From Candidatus Omnitrophota bacterium (GTDB lineage: Bacteria; Ratteibacteria; UBA8468; MWAK01): a DNA stretch of 64,000 bases. Each line of letters opens with the position of its first letter. Position 1 is the stretch's first letter. Shown here one piece after another: positions 27,885 to 41,186 of this stretch. Location: assembly GCA_043826355.1 (NCBI GenBank), contig JBDRQI010000003.1, forward strand, positions 1 through 64,000, written 5' to 3'. Under the pieces are notes generated by a model, which was not told where the DNA came from, did not search any database, and saw only the letters and a list, made by a program, of their open reading frames with translations. A program made the translations under genes and the position numbers.

Positions 27885-28595
27885 ATGGTAGCCGTAATTA
27901 TCGTGGCCGCAGGCAAGGGCGAACGTTTAGCGGCTGGCGTCGACAAACCGTTCATCAAGTTGAACGGCCGGCCAATCGTCTCTTACAGCTTATCCTTGTT
28001 TGAAGAAATAACGGAAATCTCTTCAATAATCCTGGTGGTTTCCGGAGAAAGGATGGCCGACGCCGCTGCTCTGGTTACCCGATGCGGTTTAAGTAAGGTT
28101 AGGAAAATAGCGATTGGCGGTGCCGTTCGGCAGGAATCGGTATTCAACGGTCTGGAAGCACTCCCCCTTACAACCCGGACCGTCCTGATTCACGATGCCG
28201 CCCGGCCCCTGGTTTCCAAAGATAAGGTCGTGCAATTAATCGCCATGGGGGGTAAAATTGCAACTATTCCGGCTCTGCCGGTTTCCGATACACTCAAAGA
28301 AGTGAAAGGCGGATGTATCCTGCGCACACTTGACCGCCGGCATTTTTATGCGGTTCAAACACCCCAGGTCTTTCCGCGGGAGGTTATTCTGACCGCCTAC
28401 CGGCAAGCAAAACGTTTCGGGACGGTCGGCACGGATGATGCCGCGCTGGCCGAGGCCGCCGGTTTCCCGGTGCAAATTATCGAAGGCGAACGCACCAATA
28501 TCAAAATTACCTACCCGGATGACCTTATTTACGCCGGGATAATACTAAAATTGAAAAAACAAAAGCATAAGCACAAATTATCAAACACAGCTTAA
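27885..28595 (+). CDS. ispD: MEP cytidylyltransferase
   Basis: AAGKGER, RQESV, IHDAARP, QTPQ, NIKITYPDD. Confidence 0.96.
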   Translation: MVAVIIVAAGKGERLAAGVDKPFIKLNGRPIVSYSLSLFEEITEISSIILVVSGERMADAAALVTRCGLSKVRKIAIGGAVRQESVFNGLEALPLTTRTVLIHDAARPLVSKDKVVQLIAMGGKIATIPALPVSDTLKEVKGGCILRTLDRRHFYAVQTPQVFPREVILTAYRQAKRFGTVGTDDAALAEAAGFPVQIIEGERTNIKITYPDDLIYAGIILKLKKQKHKHKLSNTA

Positions 28596-28772
28596 GACCG
28601 ATAATCGTAGATACAGATTAAGGATCAGGTAATGCCAAATTTGCCACGGAAACACGGAAAAGTTCAATTTAAATATTTTAATCTTTATTATTTAACTTAA
28701 AATATCTCTTTGTTTCGTGTTATTCCGTGCTTCCGTGGTATTTTTTTTAGTATCATCCGGATGTTTGCGTCC
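28596..28772. repeat. nested inverted tandem-repeat element (same architecture as 766-916)
   Basis: CCACGGAAACACGGAAA...TTCCGTGCTTCCGTGG around an AT-rich core, with degenerate outer arms ending TGCGTCC. Confidence 0.8.
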
Positions 28773-28783
28773 AAAATAATTTT

Positions 28784-29155
28784 ATGCCTTACTTAATTGA
28801 AGTCACGGGTGCTTTCAGCGCCGCCCATCAGTTGCGCGGTTACCGGGGAAAATGCGAACACCTTCATGGCCATAACTGGAAGGTGACCATAACGCTCTCG
28901 GCCAAAAAAATTGATAAAACAGGCCTGGCAATCGATTTCGGCGAAGTCAAACAGATGCTGTCCAAAATCACGCAAACAATGGACCACACCTTTTTAAACG
29001 AACATCCGTATTTTCAAAAATCAAATCCTTCCTCGGAGAATATTGCCCGGTATGTTCACGATTCCGCGCGTTCTCTGCTTTCGAAAAAGAAGGTAAAAGT
29101 GGAATCGGTTGCGGTTTGGGAATCCGAAAAAACCAAAGCTGTTTATTCAGAATAA
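28784..29155 (+). CDS. queD: 6-carboxytetrahydropterin synthase
   Basis: FSAAH, CEHLHGHNW, SSENIA, VWES. Confidence 0.95.
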   Translation: MPYLIEVTGAFSAAHQLRGYRGKCEHLHGHNWKVTITLSAKKIDKTGLAIDFGEVKQMLSKITQTMDHTFLNEHPYFQKSNPSSENIARYVHDSARSLLSKKKVKVESVAVWESEKTKAVYSE

Positions 29156-29832
29156 TGAAGAAGGCGGTAGTTCTTTTATCCGGCGGTCTTGATTCCACCA
29201 CGGTCCTTTACTGGGCAAAGAAGCGACGTTACCAGGTGCTTCCGCTTGCCTTTGACTACGGACAACGTCACGGTAAAAAAGAACTTAGTGCCGCCAGAAA
29301 GATAGCCTGCCTGAATGAATTAAACTTAAAGGTTATCCGAATCAGTTTGCCCTGGAAGGGTAGCAGTCTGATTGATAAGAGTTGCCCCTTGCCACAGGTC
29401 TCTTCGGAGAAAGATATCGGCGGGGCAATTCCTTCAACCTACGTTCCGGGCCGAAACCTTATTTTTCTCGCCTTCGCCTTTTCCTACGCGGAGTCGGTTA
29501 ACGCTTCCCTGGTCTTAATCGGCGCCAACAGCGTTGATTTTTCCGGATACCCTGATTGCCGGCCCCAGTTTTACCGCCTCCTGAATCGCCTCGCCCAGAT
29601 CGGAACCAGAGCGGGCTGTGAAGGCCAGCGAATTCAGGTCATTACACCATTAATCTATCTCTCCAAAGTCAACATCATTCGCCTGGGGAAAAAATTAAAG
29701 GTTCCTTTCCGGTTCACCTGGTCCTGTTACGCGGGCAGAAAAAAACCATGCGGAAGATGCGACAGTTGTTTACTGCGCAGCCGGGGTTTTACAGAAGCCG
29801 GAATAAAAGACCCGCTTTTTTCCGGCAAATAG
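29155..29832 (+). CDS. queC: 7-cyano-7-deazaguanine synthase
   Basis: SGGLDS, TYVPGRN, YPDCR, TWSCY, CGRCDSC. Confidence 0.97.
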   Translation: MKKAVVLLSGGLDSTTVLYWAKKRRYQVLPLAFDYGQRHGKKELSAARKIACLNELNLKVIRISLPWKGSSLIDKSCPLPQVSSEKDIGGAIPSTYVPGRNLIFLAFAFSYAESVNASLVLIGANSVDFSGYPDCRPQFYRLLNRLAQIGTRAGCEGQRIQVITPLIYLSKVNIIRLGKKLKVPFRFTWSCYAGRKKPCGRCDSCLLRSRGFTEAGIKDPLFSGK

Positions 29833-29859
29833 ACCGATTGTATTCTTTCGCAACCCCTT

Positions 29860-30558
29860 ATGCGCACCGCTAAAATAAACGAACTGTTTTTTTCCGTTCA
29901 AGGGGAAGGTATCTTTATCGGCTATCCCCAGGTATTTGTCCGGTTTGCCGGTTGTAACCTGTCCTGCCGGTATTGCGATTTGCCGGAAACTCTCCCGGTA
30001 AAAAAAATCACCGCCCCGAAACTCATCGACCGCATTTTAACTATTACCAAGGAAAAAGGAAGCGTTCATTCCGTTTCGTTGACCGGAGGTGAACCATTAC
30101 TGCAAGCCGATTTTTTAAACGGTTTCCTTCCGCGTTTAAAACGAAGGAAGCTTCCGGTATACCTGGAAACCAACGGAACCTTGCCGGAGGAACTTAAAAA
30201 AATTGGGAAACAGCTCAATTTTATTGCGATGGACCTGAAAATTCCGAGTGCAACCGAACAGGCGTCTTGCTGGTGCGTACACCGTCATTTCCTGGAGGAA
30301 TGTCAGCGTTTTCCAAGTCAAATATTCGTCAAGGTTGTGGTGACAAGCAATACCGATTCCAGCGAAATAAATCATGCCGCAAAACTGGTGCGTAAAATTA
30401 ACGCGAAGATACCCCTGATAATCCAACCGGCATTAGATCGAAACGGAGAACCGGAAGTAAGCGGTCAAAAATTAACGCATCTTTTTCAGGCGGCCTTTAA
30501 GATTTTGTCAACCACCCGTCTTATTCCGCCGGTCCACCGGTTCCTCCGCCTGCCCTGA
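29860..30558 (+). CDS. queE: 7-carboxy-7-deazaguanine synthase (radical SAM)
   Basis: SVQGEG, CNLSCRYCD, TGGEP, LETNG. Confidence 0.94.
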   Translation: MRTAKINELFFSVQGEGIFIGYPQVFVRFAGCNLSCRYCDLPETLPVKKITAPKLIDRILTITKEKGSVHSVSLTGGEPLLQADFLNGFLPRLKRRKLPVYLETNGTLPEELKKIGKQLNFIAMDLKIPSATEQASCWCVHRHFLEECQRFPSQIFVKVVVTSNTDSSEINHAAKLVRKINAKIPLIIQPALDRNGEPEVSGQKLTHLFQAAFKILSTTRLIPPVHRFLRLP

Positions 30559-30610
30559 ATTTGTGGTAAAATAGATGTAATTTAAGTTTTAGGGATTTTT
30601 GCGTTAATAA

Positions 30611-30698
30611 TGTCTTGCCCAAAAAGAGATTATCACGAACGAAATGAAGCAATCCTATACGAGATTACCGCGCCAGCCGAAGTCTGACTCGCAAGACA
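30611..30698. repeat. degenerate TGTC(A)TTGC...GCAA(T)GACA palindromic element
   Basis: terminal IR TGTCTTGC/GCAAGACA; internal GAAGCAATC..GAGATT. Confidence 0.6.
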
Positions 30699-30994
30699 CA
30701 TTCGGAAACGAGTATGGATGTTCTCAGACGCGATGGCAATGCCGGCGCGACCAACACCGTTTTGTGGAGAAACAGATTAACCACTACGGCAACCGGGAAG
30801 AAGAGGGAATCTATCTTGTTCCCACGTACCTGAGCATCGACCCTGTGTACGGTTTCACCCCGCAGGAAGTAAATGCAAACGCCCGGAGCAACTTCAAGGT
30901 AATGCGCATTACCGCGAACGGGGTCCATCCAGGAGTCGAGGGCTACCTGCAGATGGCCGACACTATTTACGGGTGGCTGAAGGGAATTTTTTAA
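30689..30994 (+). pseudogene. C-terminal remnant of an SGNH/GDSL-like hydrolase
   Basis: NGVHPGVEGYLQMADTIYGWL resembles the SGNH C-terminal HP block; no N-terminal GDS motif; the ORF start lies within the preceding repeat. Confidence 0.6.
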
Positions 30995-31048
30995 TGGGTA
31001 GTGTCAAAAAATCAAACGAAAGGAAATGAAAAATAAAAGGAAACCGGC

Positions 31049-32001
31049 GTGATGAGGCAACATCTTCTAACAACAATTCGCGTGGCGGTAAGCAGCCTGC
31101 TTATCTTTTTAATGGTTGCGCCGGCTGCAAAAATCATATCACCTGTTTTCCCGCTGGTTGATATCAGCGGTTTTTCGGAAATTATACGTAATACCGACAA
31201 GGGATTTCTTTTGCTCGCCGCCGTCTTTTCTCTTATTTCGGCGGTGATGCTGGCCTGGCGCTGGAAGATTGTTATCTTGAACAACAGACTCTCTTTCCCC
31301 TTTTTGCTGCGCCTGACCTTTATCGGTATGTTTTTTAACAACTTTCTGCCCACCGGCGCCGGTGGGGATATCGTAAAGGGATATTATCTGTTGAAAGGCC
31401 GGGAGAAGAAATTGGACCTGGGTATCTCCATCTTTATAGATCGCCTGATTGGAACGCTATCCATAATGACGATGGGTTTTGTCGCGTCTCTTTTTTTCCC
31501 GAACCTGCCCCGAGTTACCGTATATCTGATAGTTATTATTTATATATCTATTCTCTTTTTTCTGCTCCTTTCCGCCTGGCCCGAACTGGGGAGGATTTTA
31601 GGGAAGGTTCTCTTTTTCCATACCTGGGGGAAACCGGCAGAATCAATCCGGCGCTTCTATTACGGATTACATAATTACCTGCAAAACCCCCGGCCATTAT
31701 TGCAGGCGCTGCTGGTCTCTTTCGGCTGCCAATTACTCATAATCGACGTAAATTATCTGGTTGCACTCGGCTTGAAGGCACCGGTGCCTTTGGGTTCCTT
31801 TTTTGTTTCCATTCCTTTAATCTGGTCGTTTGCCGCGGTGCCCTCGCTGGGTGGTCTCGGCGTCCGGGAAACCGGCTATCTTTTATTCTTTCAGGGCCGG
31901 ATGGGCCGGGAAAATGCTTTTGCCCTGGCTTTAATTATACTTGGTTTTTCACTTTTAAACAGCCTCATCGGCGGTTTAATCTATTTTTTGGGGGGTGGAC
32001 A

Positions 32002-32020
<19 letters not shown>
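31049..32020 (+). CDS. flippase-like membrane protein (lysylphosphatidylglycerol synthase TM / UPF0104)
   Basis: AWRW, FFNNFLPTGAGGD, DRLIG, PSLGGLGVRE. Confidence 0.9.
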
Positions 32021-36470
<4,450 letters not shown>

Positions 36471-36472
<2 letters not shown>

Positions 36473-36556
36473 GGCGACCTTTACGGAAAATGCCAGAATG
36501 CCCCGTCCTGTGGACGGGGTTCTTCACTGCAACTATACGGGTTTCCTGGCTTTTTA
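36471..36556 (+). repeat. right copy of direct repeat (duplicated aminopeptidase 3' end) split by a 43-nt insert
   Basis: AGGGCGACCTTTAC[43 nt]TGCAACTATACGGGTTTCCTGGCTTTTTA; 3 mismatches to left copy. Confidence 0.9.
36485..36527 (+). mobile_element. 43-nt IS200/IS605 right-end-like insert
   Basis: follows TTTAC; GAATG-CCCCGTCC-TGT-GGACGGGG hairpin; ends TTCAC; absent from the left repeat copy. Confidence 0.7.
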
Positions 36557-36571
36557 CATAAAGTAATTATT

Positions 36572-37627
36572 TCATTGCGCAGACGCGAAATTAGAGGATA
36601 AAACAAAATATTCTTTTAACTTTGACGCCTGAAGATTGTTGGAAATTCGAAGTTTCTGTTGCCGGCCGGAAATAAAGAAACGCCGCAAGTATTCAACCTC
36701 TTCGTAATCAACCCGGTAAGAAGTATCCATCAGACCACTGAGCGCCTGGCGTAAAATCTCGCGTTGCAGGGAAATGGGAAGAGATAAAAATTCCCGGCGG
36801 GGGATTTTATATCCCTCCGCTGCGTTTGTAGGGGCTCGATTCATCGAGCCCGATGCGGGTCGCATGAATGCGACCCCTACATTATTAAAAAGACAGCGGG
36901 ATTTTAAAAAATCAGCGGCCTGGCCGGAAATGTATTGGTAATCGGCGTTCAATATCTCGGCCATCCGAAAAAGGGCTCCCTTGATGTTGGGATTATACTC
37001 CGCAAGCAACGGCAATAGTTCCAGCCGGATACGGTTACGCTGAAATTTCTGGTCCAGGTTGGTCGCATCGCTGACAAACCGGTAATCTTTTTCCGCCAGA
37101 AATCCGGATATCTCAACCCGGCTTACAGAAAGCAGCGGCCGGATGAGATTGATTTTGGAACCGCTTGAAACAGGACGATAGGGTGTTATTCCGGAAAGAC
37201 CCTGCAATCCTGTTCCGCGAATAAGGTGTAAAATAATTGTCTCGGCCTGGTCATCTAACTGGTGACCGGTCGCAATGGAATGACAGGAAAAATGGTCGGC
37301 GGTTTTTTTTAAAAAATCATAGCGCGCCTTCCGGGAAGCATCCTCAGCCGCGCCCGGTTTCAAGGAACCTTTTCCGGCCAGAAACGGAACACGGTATTTG
37401 GCAGAGAGTTCCTTGCAGAAAACCGAATCATTTTCGGAAAACGGCCGGAGTCCATGGTCAAAATGCCCGGCAAAGAGACCGAATTTCAGGCGGGTTTGCC
37501 ATACCCGCAAAAGATGGAAAAGACAGACTGAGTCCGGGCCCCCGGAAAACGCCAGGAGCACCCGATCCCCTTTTTTGACCAGGGAATGCTCGATAATATA
37601 CGCTAAAACCTTATTTTGTATTTTCAT
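36572..37627 (-). CDS. tilS: tRNA(Ile)-lysidine synthetase
   Basis: SGGPDS, DHGLR, HQLDDQAET, IRPLL, RNRIR; in-frame REP doublet 36827-36881. Confidence 0.95.
   Translation of the reverse strand: MKIQNKVLAYIIEHSLVKKGDRVLLAFSGGPDSVCLFHLLRVWQTRLKFGLFAGHFDHGLRPFSENDSVFCKELSAKYRVPFLAGKGSLKPGAAEDASRKARYDFLKKTADHFSCHSIATGHQLDDQAETIILHLIRGTGLQGLSGITPYRPVSSGSKINLIRPLLSVSRVEISGFLAEKDYRFVSDATNLDQKFQRNRIRLELLPLLAEYNPNIKGALFRMAEILNADYQYISGQAADFLKSRCLFNNVGVAFMRPASGSMNRAPTNAAEGYKIPRREFLSLPISLQREILRQALSGLMDTSYRVDYEEVEYLRRFFISGRQQKLRISNNLQASKLKEYFVLSSNFASAQ
36827..36881. repeat. GTAG REP inverted doublet inside tilS
   Basis: TGTAGGGGCTCGATTCATCGAGCCCG-ATG-CGGGTCGCATGAATGCGACCCCTACA. Confidence 0.9.
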
Positions 37628-38433
37628 ATCTGGCAGGACGGGCAGAAATAGGTGGAACGGCTTCCGTCTTTTTGGACTCTGACCAGATTTCCGCAACATC
37701 GGCACGGCTGTCCTTTCCGCCGATAAACAAAAAGGCTGTTTTGGAATTTTCCGTAGCTGCCGTCCGGTTTCAGGTAATCCTGGATTGATGTCCCGCCTGC
37801 CTTGAGCGCTTCCTTAAGCGTTGATTTTATCGCCCGATAGAGTTTTTTTGTTTCGGCCGGCTGTAAAGCGGAGACCCTCCGGTCCGGATGAATGCCGGCC
37901 CGGAAAAGCGCCTCGGTCGCATAAATATTGCCCAGACCGGCTATTCTCTGCTGGTCAAGCAGAAACGTCTTGATACGACTGTTTTTCCCGAAGATGATCT
38001 GTTTCCAACATTCAAAGGTAAAATCGGGCGTCAAAGGTTCCGGACCTAAATTTAATTTTATTTCCGGGTCTTCACGGCGCAGGGTAAACCCGCCGAAACG
38101 CCGCAGGTCATGGTAATAAAGCCGGGACCCGTCCTGGAACAAAAAAAGGACGTGATGGCGAATCTTGGGCTCCGATCCGGAAGAGTAGAGGAGTTGTCCG
38201 GAAAGTTTAAGGTGTACCTGAAGGTACAAGGACGGCTTGAGGTCAAAGATGAGGTATTTACCTCTGCGTCGGATATTACCAATTTCCCTGCCGATAATCT
38301 TTCGTTGAAAAAAAACCGGGGAAGTCTCTTTAATCAGTTTGGGAACCAGGATTTTTACTGCCTGAATTTTTTTACCGACTAAATCTTTAACCAATTGTCG
38401 GCGAATAGTCTCAACTTCCGGTAATTCCGGCAT
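37624..38433 (-). CDS. mutM: formamidopyrimidine-DNA glycosylase
   Basis: MPELPEVE, RRGKY, GLGNIY, C-terminal zinc finger. Confidence 0.97.
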   Translation of the reverse strand: MPELPEVETIRRQLVKDLVGKKIQAVKILVPKLIKETSPVFFQRKIIGREIGNIRRRGKYLIFDLKPSLYLQVHLKLSGQLLYSSGSEPKIRHHVLFLFQDGSRLYYHDLRRFGGFTLRREDPEIKLNLGPEPLTPDFTFECWKQIIFGKNSRIKTFLLDQQRIAGLGNIYATEALFRAGIHPDRRVSALQPAETKKLYRAIKSTLKEALKAGGTSIQDYLKPDGSYGKFQNSLFVYRRKGQPCRCCGNLVRVQKDGSRSTYFCPSCQI

Positions 38434-38437
38434 AATA

Positions 38438-38875
38438 TTACATCTCTTCCGTTTCTTTTTGGGGATAAGAAAGTTGATACCGCGAATCAAGATAATCCTG
38501 CAGAATTATCTGGGCGGAAAGGCGGTCAATTATATTCTTTCTTTTTTGACGGGAAAGGTCCGCGGAAAGGAGATAACGTTCCGCCAATTTACTGCTCAAC
38601 CTTTCGTCCCACCTGGTTACCGCGCACCCGGTGATTTCCCGCAACTTCTCCATAAATCCGAGTATTGTCTTGGCCTGGGAACCCTCCTGATTATCCAGGG
38701 TTTTAGGCATGCCCACCACCAGCAGTTGCACCCGGTATTCCCGGATTATTTCCGGTATTTGTTTTTCCCATTGATTTTTGGGAATGACGGCCAGGCCCCG
38801 GGCCAGGGAACCATTTTCGTCGGAAATGGCCAGCCCGATGGACCGGTGACCGTAATCAATTCCCAGGATTCGCAT
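38438..38875 (-). CDS. ruvX: YqgF/RuvX nuclease
   Basis: ILGIDYG, IGLAISD, WDERLSS, AQIILQDYLD. Confidence 0.95.
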   Translation of the reverse strand: MRILGIDYGHRSIGLAISDENGSLARGLAVIPKNQWEKQIPEIIREYRVQLLVVGMPKTLDNQEGSQAKTILGFMEKLREITGCAVTRWDERLSSKLAERYLLSADLSRQKRKNIIDRLSAQIILQDYLDSRYQLSYPQKETEEM

Positions 38876-39698
38876 TTTTTATCGCCTCGGCTATCGCCAG
38901 GGCCCTTTTTACCTCCTTGACGTCATGTACCCGGAAGATAGCGCCCCCGGATAAATAAGCGGTAACTACCGCGGCGATGGTGCCTTCCAGCCGTTCGTTA
39001 ACCGCCAGACCGGTAATTTTGCCGATAAACGCTTTTCGGGAAGGACCCACCAGAATAGGCCGGGAAAGTTCCGCGAAATCATTAAGCCGCTTCAGGATGG
39101 TCAAATTATGCTCCGGGGTTTTGCCGAAACCGATGCCCGGGTCAATTACAATCTGTTCTTCGGAAACTCCGGATTTTTTTGCCTCGGCTATTTTTTCCGC
39201 CAGAAACTGCCTTATTTCCGCAATTACGTCCCGGTAAGACGGATTCTCCTGCATGGTGGCGGGGGTTCCCTGCATGTGCATTAAAACTAAGCCGGACTTG
39301 TTCTCGGCAGCCAGTTCCAGAATGCGCCTGTCTTTTCCGGCCGTTATGTCGTTAATGATAGCAGCACCGGTTTTAAGCGCTTCCGCAGCCACCCTCGCTT
39401 TACAGGTATCCACGGAAACCGGAACCCGGGTTTTAGCGCAAATCTCTTCCAGAGCAGGCATCAATCTTTTCAATTCTTCTTCCTCAGAAACAGGAATGCT
39501 GCCGGGGCGGGTTGATACCGCGCCAATGTCGATGATATCAGCGCCTTCCTTTTCCATTAAAAAAGCATGTTCCAATGCTTTCTGGCGGGACGGGTATAAA
39601 CCGTCTCCGGAAAAAGAATCAGGCGTCAGGTTTAAGATACCCATAATCCTGGGCCGGGTAAGGTCAAAAACCGTATTTTTAATCAGCCAGTCAGGCAT
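38856..39698 (-). CDS. folP: dihydropteroate synthase
   Basis: MGILNLTPDSFS, STRPG, DPGIGFGK, SRK, RVHDV. Confidence 0.97.
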   Translation of the reverse strand: MPDWLIKNTVFDLTRPRIMGILNLTPDSFSGDGLYPSRQKALEHAFLMEKEGADIIDIGAVSTRPGSIPVSEEEELKRLMPALEEICAKTRVPVSVDTCKARVAAEALKTGAAIINDITAGKDRRILELAAENKSGLVLMHMQGTPATMQENPSYRDVIAEIRQFLAEKIAEAKKSGVSEEQIVIDPGIGFGKTPEHNLTILKRLNDFAELSRPILVGPSRKAFIGKITGLAVNERLEGTIAAVVTAYLSGGAIFRVHDVKEVKRALAIAEAIKNANPGN

Positions 39699-41181
39699 GT
39701 TTTTGTTTTCGGGTTATCCTGGGGCCGGCCGGGGTGTCGTCGACGACGATGCCGCGTCCTTCAAGGTCTTTACGAATAACGTCAGATTTTGTAAAATCTT
39801 TCCTTTTGCGAGCCGTTTCCCTTTCCGAAATCAACCGCTCTTCTTCTGGGGTCAATTCCATCTTTTCTTCCCGTAAAATAGACAGAATATTGTCAATTTC
39901 TCTGACGTAACCGGAAATTAAGTCGCTCTCCGCTTTGCTTATCGCATCTTTTTCCACCTTCGGATTAAGCTCAGTAATCAGGTTGTGGAGCGAAGCCAGG
40001 CTTACCGTCATATTCAGGTCATCATCCAATCCTTCCTTAAACTCTTTCTTTGCCCGGGCAAGTCGTTCGGTTATTTCCGGGCTGGCTTTATCCTGGACAG
40101 GCGGGACGCCTGTCCAGTCTCTTGAATCAACGTTTATAACCCTTCGGTAAAAATTTTGAATTCTTTCCACGGCATTCCGAGCGGCTGCCAAACCCTCCAG
40201 GGTGAAGTTCAAAGGGCTGCGGTAGTGGACGGAAAAGAGCAGGTACCGGATGGCTGTCGGGTCGTAACCTTTGTCAAGCAGGTCCCGCAGCGTAAAAAAG
40301 TTCCCTTTGCTCTTGGCCATCTTCTCGTTATTTACCAGGAGGTGGGCGCAGTGCAGAAAATAGCGGGCAAACGGTTTACCGTTGGCCGCCTCGCTCTGCG
40401 CAATTTCGTTTTCGTGGTGGGGAAAGATATTATCAACTCCGCCGGTATGGATATCAAGCGTTTCGCCCAGATACTTCATGCTCATCGCCGAACATTCTAT
40501 GTGCCAGCCGGGACGGCCCCCATTCGCGCGGGATCCATCTCGTTCCATGTCGCCGGCGGATATAGGAAAACCGGTTTCAATATCGTATGACGGCTCGCCG
40601 GGCTTGCTCTTCTTCCAGAGCGCAAAATCCCGGACGTCTTCTTTTTCGTATTCGTCGCTTTCAGCGCGCGCGCCTTTTTTTAGAGCCAAAAGGTTTATCC
40701 CGGATAGTTTGCCGTAACCGGGAAAACGCTCGATGGAAAAATAGACTGAGCCGTCCTTCTCGTACGTATAACCTTTTTCGTTTAACTTTTTGATAATGGC
40801 AACCATTTCCGGGATATGCTCGGTGGCCCGAGGATATTTCGTTGGGTTTTTCCGGTTGGTAAAAATTCGCAGTTTATTGCAGTCATCAAAAAAAGCTTCT
40901 TCATAGCGCCGGGTATATTCGGTTAAGGATACATTTTCCTCAATACTGCGTTTGATAGTCTTGTCGTCTATGTCGGTGATGTTCATGATGTGATTGACGG
41001 CATACCCGCAATATTCCAGGTAGCGTTTCAGAATATCCTCAAAGATATAGGCGCGGAAGTTGCCGATATGGGCAAAGTCATAGACGGTCGGCCCGCAGGT
41101 ATAGAGGCCGACCCGGCTGGGCTGAAGAGGCAGAAATTCCTCTTTTTTTCGTCTTAGCGTATTCCAGAATTGCAAGGCCAT
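39691..41181 (-). CDS. cysS: cysteine--tRNA ligase
   Basis: CGPTVY, HIGN, GRPGWHIEC, KMAKS; two short insertions. Confidence 0.97.
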   Translation of the reverse strand: MALQFWNTLRRKKEEFLPLQPSRVGLYTCGPTVYDFAHIGNFRAYIFEDILKRYLEYCGYAVNHIMNITDIDDKTIKRSIEENVSLTEYTRRYEEAFFDDCNKLRIFTNRKNPTKYPRATEHIPEMVAIIKKLNEKGYTYEKDGSVYFSIERFPGYGKLSGINLLALKKGARAESDEYEKEDVRDFALWKKSKPGEPSYDIETGFPISAGDMERDGSRANGGRPGWHIECSAMSMKYLGETLDIHTGGVDNIFPHHENEIAQSEAANGKPFARYFLHCAHLLVNNEKMAKSKGNFFTLRDLLDKGYDPTAIRYLLFSVHYRSPLNFTLEGLAAARNAVERIQNFYRRVINVDSRDWTGVPPVQDKASPEITERLARAKKEFKEGLDDDLNMTVSLASLHNLITELNPKVEKDAISKAESDLISGYVREIDNILSILREEKMELTPEEERLISERETARKRKDFTKSDVIRKDLEGRGIVVDDTPAGPRITRKQKHA

Positions 41182-41186
41182 AAGCG

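Noticed and set aside
36550..36577. dif-like sequence (…CATAA-AGTAA-TTATTTCATT) at the strand switch
   Set aside because: The central spacer is 5 rather than 6 nt and the XerD arm matches poorly. GC skew could not be computed.
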